64,000 bases of DNA. Origin: Ilumatobacteraceae bacterium (GTDB taxonomy: Bacteria > Actinomycetota > Acidimicrobiia > Acidimicrobiales > Ilumatobacteraceae). The DNA is taken from assembly GCA_044239355.1 (NCBI GenBank), contig JBIIBO010000006.1, positions 18,311-82,310 of the forward strand. Reading direction: 5' to 3'. A program made the translations under genes and the position numbers. Under the pieces are notes generated by a model. It worked only from the letters and a program-made list of their open reading frames with translations. It did not search any database and had not been told where the DNA came from. Shown piece after piece: positions 27,509 through 37,116 of this stretch; positions within the stretch are counted from its first letter, which is position 1, and every line of letters begins with the position of its first letter.

Positions 27509-28672
27509 ATGGACGAATTGCTCCCTCCAGACAACGACCCACGGCGCCAACAAGTGCGCCAATGGATTGCCGACCATCCCGCCCCCACGAATAGAGAGTT
27601 AGCCGAATCGGGTTACGTCGCTCCACATTGGCCCGCGCCATATGGATTGGGTGCAGACCCAGTACACCAATTAATCATTGACGATGAACTTGCTCGCGCG
27701 GGCATTACGCGTCCGTCGAATCAAATTGGCATCGGATGGGCGGCTCCCACAATCATCTTTGCAGGAACGCAAGAACAAAAAGATCGTTACGTCATGCCGG
27801 CATTGTCCGCGGAAGAGATTTGGTGTCAGCTGTTTTCTGAGCCCGGTGCGGGAAGCGATCTTGCGTCTTTATCGACGCGTGCGACACGCGATGGAGATGA
27901 ATGGGTCATCAACGGCCAAAAAGTATGGACAACAGGTGCGCACTATTCAAAGTTCGGAATTTTGATTGCACGTACAAATCCCGATGCACCCAAACACAAA
28001 GGCATCACCTACTTCATCTGTCCAATGGATACCCCTGGCATCGAAATTCGCACCATTCGCAATATTGCTGGAGCAGAAAGTTTCAACGAAGTCTTTTTCA
28101 CTGACGTGCGACTTGCCCACGATTGTGTAGTGGGTGAAGTAGATGAGGGTTGGAGACTTGCCAAGGTCACACTCGGCAACGAACGCGTCTCACTATCAAC
28201 TGGTGGAGTCTTATGGGGCAATGGCCCCACCGCATTGGATGTTGTAGCTGAGGCACAAAAACTGGGAGTGTCTCATCCAGTCATGCGCCAACGCATCGCA
28301 AAGATCTATATCGAACATGTGATTTTGGAAATCATTCGCATGCGCACCTTGACTGCTCGGATGCGAGGAACACAACCAGGTCCAGAGGCCAGTATTCGCA
28401 AGATCATGGCTGATGAACATGGCCAAAAGGTGATGGAAGTGGCCCGCGATGTGATTGGTGCTGATGCGATGTTGATTGGAGTTGATGATTCGATTGGCGG
28501 AAAGAACATTCGATCCAAGAGCTGGTACAGCGGCTATATGTTTTCTCGGGCACTCACCATTGGAGGCGGAACTGGCGAGGTGCAACGCAACATCTTGGGT
28601 GAACGCGTTCTTGGCTTGCCTAGTGAACCAGACCCCACCAAGGGTCTATCGTGGGGTCAATCACACAGATGA
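27509..28672 (+). CDS. acyl-CoA dehydrogenase family protein
   Basis: ACAD pattern (WCQLFSEPGAGSDLASL, INGQKVWTTGAHYS, ...GGGTGEVQRNILGERVLGLP). Trimmed to ATG 27509 (alternative GTG 27488). The track start at 27218 overlaps the divergent SDR. Confidence 0.85.
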   Translation: MDELLPPDNDPRRQQVRQWIADHPAPTNRELAESGYVAPHWPAPYGLGADPVHQLIIDDELARAGITRPSNQIGIGWAAPTIIFAGTQEQKDRYVMPALSAEEIWCQLFSEPGAGSDLASLSTRATRDGDEWVINGQKVWTTGAHYSKFGILIARTNPDAPKHKGITYFICPMDTPGIEIRTIRNIAGAESFNEVFFTDVRLAHDCVVGEVDEGWRLAKVTLGNERVSLSTGGVLWGNGPTALDVVAEAQKLGVSHPVMRQRIAKIYIEHVILEIIRMRTLTARMRGTQPGPEASIRKIMADEHGQKVMEVARDVIGADAMLIGVDDSIGGKNIRSKSWYSGYMFSRALTIGGGTGEVQRNILGERVLGLPSEPDPTKGLSWGQSHR

Positions 28673-28684
28673 CGGGGGGTCACT

Positions 28685-29872
28685 ATGTCGGTGTCATCAG
28701 ATCGCTTACAAGTCGATTTATTAGATCCTGATCTCTATCAATCAAATCCACACGATGTGTGGTCATGGATGCGCGCAAATGAACCCGTGTATCGCGATGA
28801 AAAGAATGGTCTGTGGGGTATCACGCGTCATGCCGACGTGATGGATGTGGAACGTCGCTCCACAGTGTTTTCTTCCAATGGCGTGTATCGCGCGGTTCTT
28901 TCTCCCGGCGAGAGCAACATGATTGCTCAAGATGACCCGCGCCATCGTCAGCAACGCATGTTGGTCCAACCCCAGTTAACTCGTTCTGGTGTTGCACAAC
29001 GAAGCGATGAAATTCGTCAGCTCGTAGCAGAACTTGTGGATGAAGTGATCGCTAAAGGTGAATGCGACATTGTGGAGACGTTGGCGGCACAACTACCCGC
29101 ACGTTTAACTTCTCGATTGTTGGGCTTTCCTGAAGAGATGTGGCCTCAGTTGAAATCGTGGAGTGAGCGATTAATGCGCACAGACATGCGTGATAGAGAT
29201 CCTGAAGTGATGACCGAATTCATTGCAGCCAATCAAGAGTTTGTCTCGGCAATGATTCCGGTACTTCATGAAGTGTCAGGTTGTCCACGTCATGACTTCA
29301 TGTCGATTTGGGCAAACGCACTTATTGATGGTCAACCATTTTCTCCCGAATCCATCGTGCACGAAGTGGGCTTGTTTATTGCAGGTGGCGCAGAAACAAC
29401 TCGCACGGCAATTAGTCATGGACTCCGAGTTTTTTGCGATCATCTTGATCAGTGGAACATGATGGCCGCACAACCTGCACTTGTGGAGCCTGCGGTGGAA
29501 GAAGTTCTTCGTTGGGTCACTCCGCTAAACAATTTTTTCCGGATGGCGCTTACTGATGATGAAGTTGGTGGTCAAGCAATTGCAGCTGGCGACAGAGTGG
29601 TGATGTTGTACCCATCTGCAAATAGAGACGAAAAGGTCTTTAGCTCTCCGTTCTCCTTTGACATCACGCGGTCTCCAAATCCGCATTTGTCTTTTGGTTT
29701 TGGAACGCACTTGTGCGTGGGGGCTAATTTGGCACGACTAGTTCTTGAAACGGTGTTTGCCGAGATGTCTGCTCGGATTTCGCATCTTGAGCCGGTTTCG
29801 GAGCCTGATGTGGAGGCCAACATATTTGCCCGTGCTGTGAAATCTTTCCATCTTCGCGTCGTGCCGAGATAA
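28685..29872 (+). CDS. cytochrome P450
   Basis: Heme loop FGFGTHLCVGANLAR, I-helix AGGAETT, and an ExxR region (EEVLRW). Confidence 0.9.
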   Translation: MSVSSDRLQVDLLDPDLYQSNPHDVWSWMRANEPVYRDEKNGLWGITRHADVMDVERRSTVFSSNGVYRAVLSPGESNMIAQDDPRHRQQRMLVQPQLTRSGVAQRSDEIRQLVAELVDEVIAKGECDIVETLAAQLPARLTSRLLGFPEEMWPQLKSWSERLMRTDMRDRDPEVMTEFIAANQEFVSAMIPVLHEVSGCPRHDFMSIWANALIDGQPFSPESIVHEVGLFIAGGAETTRTAISHGLRVFCDHLDQWNMMAAQPALVEPAVEEVLRWVTPLNNFFRMALTDDEVGGQAIAAGDRVVMLYPSANRDEKVFSSPFSFDITRSPNPHLSFGFGTHLCVGANLARLVLETVFAEMSARISHLEPVSEPDVEANIFARAVKSFHLRVVPR

Positions 29873-29908
29873 CGACACACACACTCATTTTCCTCATTAT
29901 CCGTTAGT

Positions 29909-30970
29909 GTGGAAGTCATGCGTATTTCACCATGGTTATCTCTTTCAGTTGTTGCAGCACTTGGAGTCGCGGGGTGTGCCTCTGACTCGGAATCCACATT
30001 GCCGACCAATGCCGATGCAACAGCAAAAGAAACGTGTATGACCGTGGAGGAAATCACGGGACGTGCGCCAAAACTTGTGTCAACTGTGGCGCCGATTACC
30101 AATCTCATTGCAATGGTGGTGGGCGATCTTGGACCCACCGTTGATGGCCTAGTTCCAGAAGGAACGAACTCTCACACCTTTGAACCCCCACCAAGTGCAG
30201 CAGCAGTAGTTGAAGATGCAGATGTGGTGTTCGTAAATGGTCTTGGTCTCGAAGATCCTTCCATTGAGTTGGCGAAAGATAATGCAGCAAATGCTGTGAT
30301 TTGCGAATTGGGAACAGCAGTGCTTCCCGAAGGTGAGTGGGTATATGACTTCTCTTTTCCAAAAGAAGGTGGCAAACCAAACCCTCACTTGTGGACCAAC
30401 CCACCAATGGTGCAGCAATACGTGGACCTCATCCGTGATGTCGTGATTGCATTAGATCCATCGAACACTGAGGGATACAACGCAAATCACGCAAAGATTT
30501 CTCGAGTGATTACAGATCTTGATGCAGCAATGACCACTGCGGCACAAACTGTTCCTGAGGCAAGCCGAAAGTTACTTACTTATCATGATGCGTATGCATA
30601 CTTTGCACTGCGTTATGACTTCGAGGTTGTGGGCGCTATTCAGCCTTCATCCTTTGAGGAGCCATCACCTAAAGAAATTGCAGACCTTATTGATCAAGTT
30701 AAGACACTTGGCGTGAAAGCTGTATTTGGCAGTGAAGTATTCCCATCTCCGGTGTTAGCTCAAATTGGTGACGAGGCCGGCGTGCGTTACATCGATGTTC
30801 TGCGTGATGACGATTTGCTGGGCGAACCTGGCGATGCACAACACAGTTGGGCAGATTTGATGAAGTTCAACTTCACCACGATGGTGGAGGCATTGGGCGG
30901 AGATGCCTCGGCGTTAGCGGCTGTTGACACAAAAGCAGGTGTAGTGGACAAAGCGTTCTATCCGCAGTGA
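29909..30970 (+). CDS. metal (Zn/Mn-type) ABC transporter substrate-binding lipoprotein
   Basis: Lipobox ALGVAGCASD and a ZnuA/TroA-like pattern (NSHTFEP...NPHLWTNP...YHDAYAYF). The start may be ATG 29918. Confidence 0.8.
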   Translation: MEVMRISPWLSLSVVAALGVAGCASDSESTLPTNADATAKETCMTVEEITGRAPKLVSTVAPITNLIAMVVGDLGPTVDGLVPEGTNSHTFEPPPSAAAVVEDADVVFVNGLGLEDPSIELAKDNAANAVICELGTAVLPEGEWVYDFSFPKEGGKPNPHLWTNPPMVQQYVDLIRDVVIALDPSNTEGYNANHAKISRVITDLDAAMTTAAQTVPEASRKLLTYHDAYAYFALRYDFEVVGAIQPSSFEEPSPKEIADLIDQVKTLGVKAVFGSEVFPSPVLAQIGDEAGVRYIDVLRDDDLLGEPGDAQHSWADLMKFNFTTMVEALGGDASALAAVDTKAGVVDKAFYPQ

Positions 30971-31746
30971 GCGGAGGAATTCTTGTTGAATGTGCACACA
31001 TTACGTGTACATACGGAGCAACAGTTGCGGTTCGTGACGCCCACGTCACTTTTCACAGTGGTGACTTTGTAGGAATTGTTGGGCCCTCTGGATCTGGCAA
31101 AACGACTCTTTTGAAGGCCATTCTTGGAACGGTCACGCCACAACAAGGCCACGTCACCAAGAAGCCCGGATTGCGTATGGGGTATGTGCCTCAAGTGGAA
31201 TCGGTGGACTGGAATTTTCCTGTCACGGTTCTTGAAGTGGTTGCCATGACGCGCACAAGCCGTCGATATTTCCCAAGAATTTCACCCGATGAACGCCGCG
31301 ATGCTCTAGATGTGCTTGAGAGATTGGGCTTAGGTGGATTACATGATCGCCACATTCGTGAACTCTCCGGTGGTCAACAGCAGCGCGTATTTGTTGCGCG
31401 TGCGCTTTTTCATCGCCCTGAATTATTGGTGTTAGATGAACCAACATCTGGAGTTGATGTGCGCACACGACATGAAGTGCTTCATCTGCTTGCAGATCTT
31501 CATGATGATGGAGTGTCCATTGTTCTTTCCACGCACGATCTCAACGGATTAGCTGCACACTTACCTCGGTTGATTTGTATGAATGTGGATGTCATTGCCG
31601 ATGGCCCTCCACTTGAAGTTTTGAATTCAGAAGTTCTAGAACAGACCTACGGTGCACCCATGGAGGTACTCGTACACGGTGGTATGCCACTTGTACTGGA
31701 ACATGGCCAAGATGATGTTTCACGACGACTTGGCGGTACTCGATGA
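30967..31746 (+). CDS. metal ABC transporter ATP-binding protein
   Basis: Walker A GPSGSGKTT, signature LSGGQQQR, Walker B LLVLDEP. Its start overlaps the upstream stop. Confidence 0.9.
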   Translation: MSGGILVECAHITCTYGATVAVRDAHVTFHSGDFVGIVGPSGSGKTTLLKAILGTVTPQQGHVTKKPGLRMGYVPQVESVDWNFPVTVLEVVAMTRTSRRYFPRISPDERRDALDVLERLGLGGLHDRHIRELSGGQQQRVFVARALFHRPELLVLDEPTSGVDVRTRHEVLHLLADLHDDGVSIVLSTHDLNGLAAHLPRLICMNVDVIADGPPLEVLNSEVLEQTYGAPMEVLVHGGMPLVLEHGQDDVSRRLGGTR

Positions 31747-32606
31747 GTTCGGCCCCATTGCTGATTGCAGGAATATTTGAGCCCTACCGCTATCAGTTCT
31801 TCACCAATGGAGTAGTCGTGGCAACCATTGCTGGTGCGTTGTGCGGGCTGTTGGGTGTCTTTGTGGTCTTGCGCGGCATGAGCTACATCGGACACGGTCT
31901 CTCACATGCGGTCTTTGGTGGAGCGGCAGCATCAGCAGTGATGCAATTGAACTACTTCGTTGGCGCAGGAATTTGGGGAGTTGCCTCCGGTGTCATCATC
32001 GGTCGCATTGCCCGTCGCCGTTTAATCGGTGCCGACGCCGCAATTGGGGTCGTCACTACGGCGTCTTTTGCTTTAGGTCTTGCACTTCTCAACCGATTTG
32101 GTCAAGCAAAGAAAAGTATTGAAGCGGTGTTGTTTGGCAGTGTGCTGGGCGTTCGCACTGCAGATATTGTCGCGGTTGCTCTCGTGACGGTGTTGACGGT
32201 GGTCATAGTGGTGGTTCTGTACAGGCGTTTGTTGTTTGCCACTTTCGACCCCGATGTTGCGCAAGTCTCGGGTGTCAAGGTTGCATGGATTGAAGCATTA
32301 CTCATGGTTCTCTTGTCGCTCACCATCTTGGTCACGATGCGCGTGATTGGAACTTTGTTGATTTCTGCACTTTTGGTTATCCCCGCCTCAGTGGCGCGCA
32401 TGACCACCAATTCTTTTGCGCGCATGTTGTGGATCTCACCCATTGTGGGTGCATTGTCCGGATTCTTGGGAATGAATTTGTCGTATCACCTAGATACATC
32501 AGCGAGTGCAACCATCATCTTGGTCGCAACTGCGATGTTCATTTCTGTGTACACCGTGAGTGGTATTCGCGGGCGCTCGCGCATAGCCCACGTCCATCAC
32601 GTGTAG
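31743..32606 (+). CDS. metal ABC transporter permease
   Basis: 287-aa polytopic membrane protein (ZnuB/MntB-like). Its start overlaps the ATPase stop by 4 nt. Confidence 0.85.
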   Translation: MSSAPLLIAGIFEPYRYQFFTNGVVVATIAGALCGLLGVFVVLRGMSYIGHGLSHAVFGGAAASAVMQLNYFVGAGIWGVASGVIIGRIARRRLIGADAAIGVVTTASFALGLALLNRFGQAKKSIEAVLFGSVLGVRTADIVAVALVTVLTVVIVVVLYRRLLFATFDPDVAQVSGVKVAWIEALLMVLLSLTILVTMRVIGTLLISALLVIPASVARMTTNSFARMLWISPIVGALSGFLGMNLSYHLDTSASATIILVATAMFISVYTVSGIRGRSRIAHVHHV

Positions 32607-32607
32607 T

Positions 32608-33900
32608 TCACTTTTTTTCGTCGAGAACCCATTCCACGCCCGCTGGCGTGTCACGTACTTCAATGCCAAGGTTCGCGAATGCATCACGAATGACGTCTGA
32701 GAGATCAAATCTTTTTTCTGCACGCACTGTTGCACGCACTGCGAGCATCGCTTCCACATATGGACTCACTACTTCACGTGGATCTTGCAATCCAGCCGAT
32801 GACGCATCGCCTAATTGGCTAATCATCGAACGCAATGATGCGCGGGCACGATCACCAATGTCTCCATCTAATGTGTCGCTTGACCAATCCTGGATGGCTT
32901 GTTCCAGATCGAGGCACGCACGCAATGCAGAATCTGCGTCGCGGGATGCGATGGCGAGACTAAAGGCCTGGTTGAGTTGAGTGAGCGCGCTTTCAAAAGT
33001 ATCTTCACCGACCTCAACGTGATCTGTGTCTGAACTGTCGTGGCCATTGGCATTAGTGGGTGCGGTGTGTGCAGAGCCTGTTGAGCCAAAGTGCGCCCAT
33101 GGGTTCTGCAGTACGTCTATATCAATGGTTTCACCACTTTTAATGGAGTGCGAGGAGGAGCGAAGACGAATGGTGACCGTTCCATTTCCCACAACGCGGG
33201 CAGTGCCTGCATCGCTGTCAATAATCAATCCTGTGTGTTCATCAACGCCAAGCACATAGGTGTCGTCATCAAGAAGCGATTCAAAGAGGTGAAGACGCAT
33301 TTCACCGAGGTAACAAAATCGCGAATCATGATTTCCGCCTTCAGCGTTGTCAAAGTGAGGTATCACAGTGGCATTGATGCCTAGGACTGAAAGCACATCA
33401 AGACCATTGAGCCGTTCGACGTCTTGGCCGACTTTGTAGATCTCATACACCGGAACAGTGGCGCGACCCAAGGTGAGTGCGGCCGCCGATGCAAATGTGA
33501 CGATGCCGCCATGGCGAATCTTGTCTTCAATAATGGAGGCCACATTTGTGCCACTCCATTGTCGTAGTGCATACGTGGGTGAGCCGGGGCCCGCAAATAT
33601 GTAGTGAGAATCTGTAAGTGCACGAAGTCCCCGCTCGATGAGCACAGGGTCTGCCGGCAAATGAGTGTCATGCATGCGCACTAGACCTGCCACGGTGATG
33701 TCGATATTCACTGACGTGCGGAAATAAGCCACTGCACGCGCAGCAAGCTCGGGTGCATTTTCTTGAAAGCCGTAAGGAGTGTCGAGAAGAAGTGCACGTG
33801 TGGGGGTAGGGAGCTGTGCAACAAGTGCTCTATGGGTAGAGACCATGGTGGGTGTGGTTTCACCTGAACCCATGATGGTGAGTATGCGTGGAAGGCTCAT
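32608..33900 (-). CDS. two-domain protein: GATase1/peptidase-S51-like N-terminal half fused to a CysRS anticodon-binding/C-terminal-like half
   Basis: N-terminus ILTIMGSGETT...IFAGPGSPTY...TFASAAALTLG. C-terminus FESALTQLNQAF...LDLEQAI... and VRAEKRFDLSDVIRDAFANLGIEVRDTPAGVEWVL, which resembles the CysRS C-terminus. This domain call is from memory only. Confidence 0.45.
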   Translation of the reverse strand: MSLPRILTIMGSGETTPTMVSTHRALVAQLPTPTRALLLDTPYGFQENAPELAARAVAYFRTSVNIDITVAGLVRMHDTHLPADPVLIERGLRALTDSHYIFAGPGSPTYALRQWSGTNVASIIEDKIRHGGIVTFASAAALTLGRATVPVYEIYKVGQDVERLNGLDVLSVLGINATVIPHFDNAEGGNHDSRFCYLGEMRLHLFESLLDDDTYVLGVDEHTGLIIDSDAGTARVVGNGTVTIRLRSSSHSIKSGETIDIDVLQNPWAHFGSTGSAHTAPTNANGHDSSDTDHVEVGEDTFESALTQLNQAFSLAIASRDADSALRACLDLEQAIQDWSSDTLDGDIGDRARASLRSMISQLGDASSAGLQDPREVVSPYVEAMLAVRATVRAEKRFDLSDVIRDAFANLGIEVRDTPAGVEWVLDEKK

Positions 33901-34850
33901 GAGAAAAATCCTGTGGAAATAGCGTGGTCGACTACTGCAGCGAATCGATCGGGGAATTGGGCATGAAGGTCATGATCTGCGGGCTCGAACCATTCAACTC
34001 GAGCATGTGGTAGTTGAGAAATTGCAAGAGCAATCTGTTGCCTTTTGATGGAGGTGTGTTCGTCGTGTGCTTTTGATGCGGGTGTGAATAACACGGGCAC
34101 CTTTATATGGGGCCATTTTTCTGCGGGTCGATCTTCCCAGAGGTATCGCAGGATGGTCATGTGGCGTTCCATGGTGAGGTGTGGCGCAATGGTGTTATCA
34201 GCGCGTTTTTCCATGTTATGCATCTGGCCATCTATGGCCTCTTGTGTCCAATCGGGATGTGCTGCACGAATATAGGAACGAAGTCGGTCGTAGTGCATAC
34301 CTACAAGATGAGGCGGCCGAAGTGTTCTTTCACATTCATCCCATTCAGCAAAAGACTGTGAGAGATCGATAGTGCCGCCATCGACAGCAACAATTCCACG
34401 AATGAGATGAGAAAATTGGGAGGCAAGTTCCACCACGATGTTGCCGCCCCATGATTGACCGATGACGAGAGGTCGCTTCCATTGCGAGTAGGTGCTCGAG
34501 AGAGTTTCGATCAGGTGCGCCACGTCGGCGGCAATTTCTGGAACTGAATATCCATGGTCAGGCTTATCGCTGTGGCCGTGCCCGCGGAGATCAACCGCAA
34601 TCACTGAATGGCCAATGCTGGTGAGGCAACGAGCAGGACCATCCCACAGGCGGGCATTAGAGGCAAGGCCGTGCACTAACAAGATGGGAATACCCGTTGA
34701 TGGGGTCTGGGATGACCAATTAATGACGCGCAGGTTGGTTCCGTCGGCTGCTGAGAGAAAAGACGAAACAAAGGGCGAACTCACAGTTACATTGTCGCGC
34801 CACGGGTGGCAAATCGCACCACGAATCGCTGATGTCTCTGGCCGCGCCAT
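33897..34850 (-). CDS. alpha/beta hydrolase
   Basis: Motifs ILLVHGLASNARLW and a GQSWGG nucleophile elbow. Its stop overlaps the downstream start (ATGA at 33897..33900). Confidence 0.8.
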   Translation of the reverse strand: MARPETSAIRGAICHPWRDNVTVSSPFVSSFLSAADGTNLRVINWSSQTPSTGIPILLVHGLASNARLWDGPARCLTSIGHSVIAVDLRGHGHSDKPDHGYSVPEIAADVAHLIETLSSTYSQWKRPLVIGQSWGGNIVVELASQFSHLIRGIVAVDGGTIDLSQSFAEWDECERTLRPPHLVGMHYDRLRSYIRAAHPDWTQEAIDGQMHNMEKRADNTIAPHLTMERHMTILRYLWEDRPAEKWPHIKVPVLFTPASKAHDEHTSIKRQQIALAISQLPHARVEWFEPADHDLHAQFPDRFAAVVDHAISTGFFS

Positions 34851-34882
34851 AAGGTTTAGGAGACACCAACTAAGGAGAAATC

Positions 34883-35935
34883 ATGAAGTTGTCGATGGGA
34901 ATTAACTATTCAGGCGGATTCAAAGAAGCTGTAGACCGTGTGGTGCAGTTGGAAAAGGCAGGACTTGACCAAGTGTGGATTGCCGAGGCCTACAGCTTTG
35001 ATGCGATTTCTCAAGTGGGTTACCTCGCAGCCAAAACAGAACGCGTGGAAATCGGAACAGGAATTGTGAATGTCTATTCGCGCACTGCTGCACTTATGGC
35101 CATGACAGCCGCAGGTTGTGACTATGTCAGCGATGGTCGATTCATCTTGGGTCTTGGTGCATCTGGTCCACAGGTCATCGAAGGTTTTCATGGAGTGCCC
35201 TATGACAAGCCCATGCAACGCATTAAGGAATACATCGAAGTGTGTCGCAAGGTATGGGCGCGCGAAGAGGCATTGCAATACGACGGCAAGACCGTGCAGA
35301 TTCCATTGCCCGCGGGCCAAGGCACTGGATTAGGCAGGCCACTCAAGATCATTAATCATCCTGTACGCAAAGACATTCCCATTTGGTGGGCATCATTGAA
35401 AGACAAGAGCGTTGAGGCAACTGCAGAAATGGCAGATGGTTGGTTGCCCATCATGTTTTATCCGGAGAAGTATCACAATGTCTGGGGAGCTCAGTTAAAG
35501 GCTGGTCTCGCCAAGCGCGATCCCAATCGTGCACGGTTGGATATCTCTGCAGGCGGCATGTTGGCCATTGATGAATCCTTAACCGGAGATGCACAGACCA
35601 AGATCTTGGATATGGCACGTCCCAATATGGCGTTGTATGTAGGTGGCATGGGTGCACGTGGCAAGAATTTCTATAACGATGTATGTCGTGATTACGGATT
35701 TGAAAAAGAAGCTGTAGAGATTCAAGATTTGTACCTCGAAGGCAAAAAAGATGAAGCCGCAGCGGCGATACCTGGAGAATGGATCATGAACGCCAACTTG
35801 GTGGGTTCACCTGGATTTATCAAAGAGCGTGTGGCTGCATACAAAGAAGCAGGTGTCACGGTGTTGTCTGTGAACCCAGTGGGTCCAGATCCAGTCGGGC
35901 AGATGGAAAAACTTCGCGCAATCGTGGATGGCTGA
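34883..35935 (+). CDS. LLM-class F420-dependent-type oxidoreductase
   Basis: AAGGAGA SD 4 nt upstream. Sequence MKLSMGINYSG...AGLDQVWIAEAYSFDA...GTGIVNVYSRT is a typical LLM pattern. Confidence 0.8.
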   Translation: MKLSMGINYSGGFKEAVDRVVQLEKAGLDQVWIAEAYSFDAISQVGYLAAKTERVEIGTGIVNVYSRTAALMAMTAAGCDYVSDGRFILGLGASGPQVIEGFHGVPYDKPMQRIKEYIEVCRKVWAREEALQYDGKTVQIPLPAGQGTGLGRPLKIINHPVRKDIPIWWASLKDKSVEATAEMADGWLPIMFYPEKYHNVWGAQLKAGLAKRDPNRARLDISAGGMLAIDESLTGDAQTKILDMARPNMALYVGGMGARGKNFYNDVCRDYGFEKEAVEIQDLYLEGKKDEAAAAIPGEWIMNANLVGSPGFIKERVAAYKEAGVTVLSVNPVGPDPVGQMEKLRAIVDG

Positions 35936-37116
35936 TGATGTCACCTTTGACCGTTGATCGTGTAGTTCCTGGTTGGGAGCCAGTGCGTGATGCATTGTTA
36001 GAGGGTTTTCGCAACGGTGAAGATCACGGGGCAGGCGTTGCGGTGTATCACCGTGGAACATGCGTGGTTGATGTGATGGGCGGTTGGCGAGACCGTGAAC
36101 ACACGATTCCTTACGGCCCAGATGCGCTGCAGACCGTTTTCTCTACGACCAAGGGCATCATGTCCGTTGCGGTGGCTATGTGTGTGCAGCGGGGCCTGAT
36201 TGATTACTCAGAAAAAGTTGCGACGTATTGGCCTGAATTTGCTCAAGCAGGAAAACAAGATGTCACTGTGGCGCAACTCCTTGCACATCGTGCTGGCCTG
36301 TACACGTTGCGCGATCAAGTCAGTCTTGACGATGCTTTGAACTGGGACACGATGGTGACACGCCTAGCCGCCACAGAACCATTGCTTCCTTTGGGCTCAG
36401 TTCACGCCTATCACGCCGTCACATTTGGATGGTTAGCTGGTGAGTTGGTGCGACGTGTGGATGGACGCAGTGTGTCTGAATTTGTGCGCGATGAAATTTC
36501 ACGTCCGCTAGGCGTGGATTTTTATGTTGGATTGCCAGAGGAATTAGAGCCGCGAGTTGCACGACTCATGGCGCATCCACTTCCCAGTTTTCCGCCAGAT
36601 ATTGCAAAAATCATGTTGGATCGTGGTGGTCCAGGAACAAAAGGCGAGGCAGCTTTGTCGTTGAATGGAGCTTTCGCTCCTGGTGCATTCAATAAGCCCG
36701 AAGTGCATCGCGCACAGGTGCCTGGCGCAAACGGCATAGGAAATGCGCGAGCATTGGCAAAGATTTATGCATCTTGTGTAGGCGAAGTGGATGGTGTGCA
36801 ATTGCTCACGCCAGCAACTGTGGCTAAAGCAACCACAAGCATGACTCCAGTAGGTGAAACCGATGCGGTGCTGTTATCGCAGACAGATTTTGCAATGGGT
36901 TTTATGCGTCACAATGAGAATTACAAATTCACTGGTCCTGAAGCTTTTGGTCACACAGGTGCCGGCGGTTCTGCATCATTTGCAGATCCAAGTCGTCACT
37001 TAGGTTTTTCCTATGTGATGAACACGATGATGACGGTCTATGACGAAGACCCGCGTCGTGCGCGTCTTATTGCTGCGGCGAAGCGTTGCGCAGATGCTGC
37101 CGAAGCGAGCGCGTAG
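35935..37116 (+). CDS. serine hydrolase (class C beta-lactamase/esterase family)
   Basis: SxxK motif FSTTKG. The start ATG overlaps the upstream TGA (TGATG). The track start at 35779 lies inside the LLM gene. Confidence 0.8.
   Translation: MMSPLTVDRVVPGWEPVRDALLEGFRNGEDHGAGVAVYHRGTCVVDVMGGWRDREHTIPYGPDALQTVFSTTKGIMSVAVAMCVQRGLIDYSEKVATYWPEFAQAGKQDVTVAQLLAHRAGLYTLRDQVSLDDALNWDTMVTRLAATEPLLPLGSVHAYHAVTFGWLAGELVRRVDGRSVSEFVRDEISRPLGVDFYVGLPEELEPRVARLMAHPLPSFPPDIAKIMLDRGGPGTKGEAALSLNGAFAPGAFNKPEVHRAQVPGANGIGNARALAKIYASCVGEVDGVQLLTPATVAKATTSMTPVGETDAVLLSQTDFAMGFMRHNENYKFTGPEAFGHTGAGGSASFADPSRHLGFSYVMNTMMTVYDEDPRRARLIAAAKRCADAAEASA

Noticed and set aside
29873-29917. Possible Zur/metalloregulator operator upstream of the metal ABC transporter (ACTCATTTTCCTCATTATCC).
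   Set aside because: Only a half-site resembles TCATTTTCA. I could not find a convincing palindrome, so a regulatory call is not supportable by eye.
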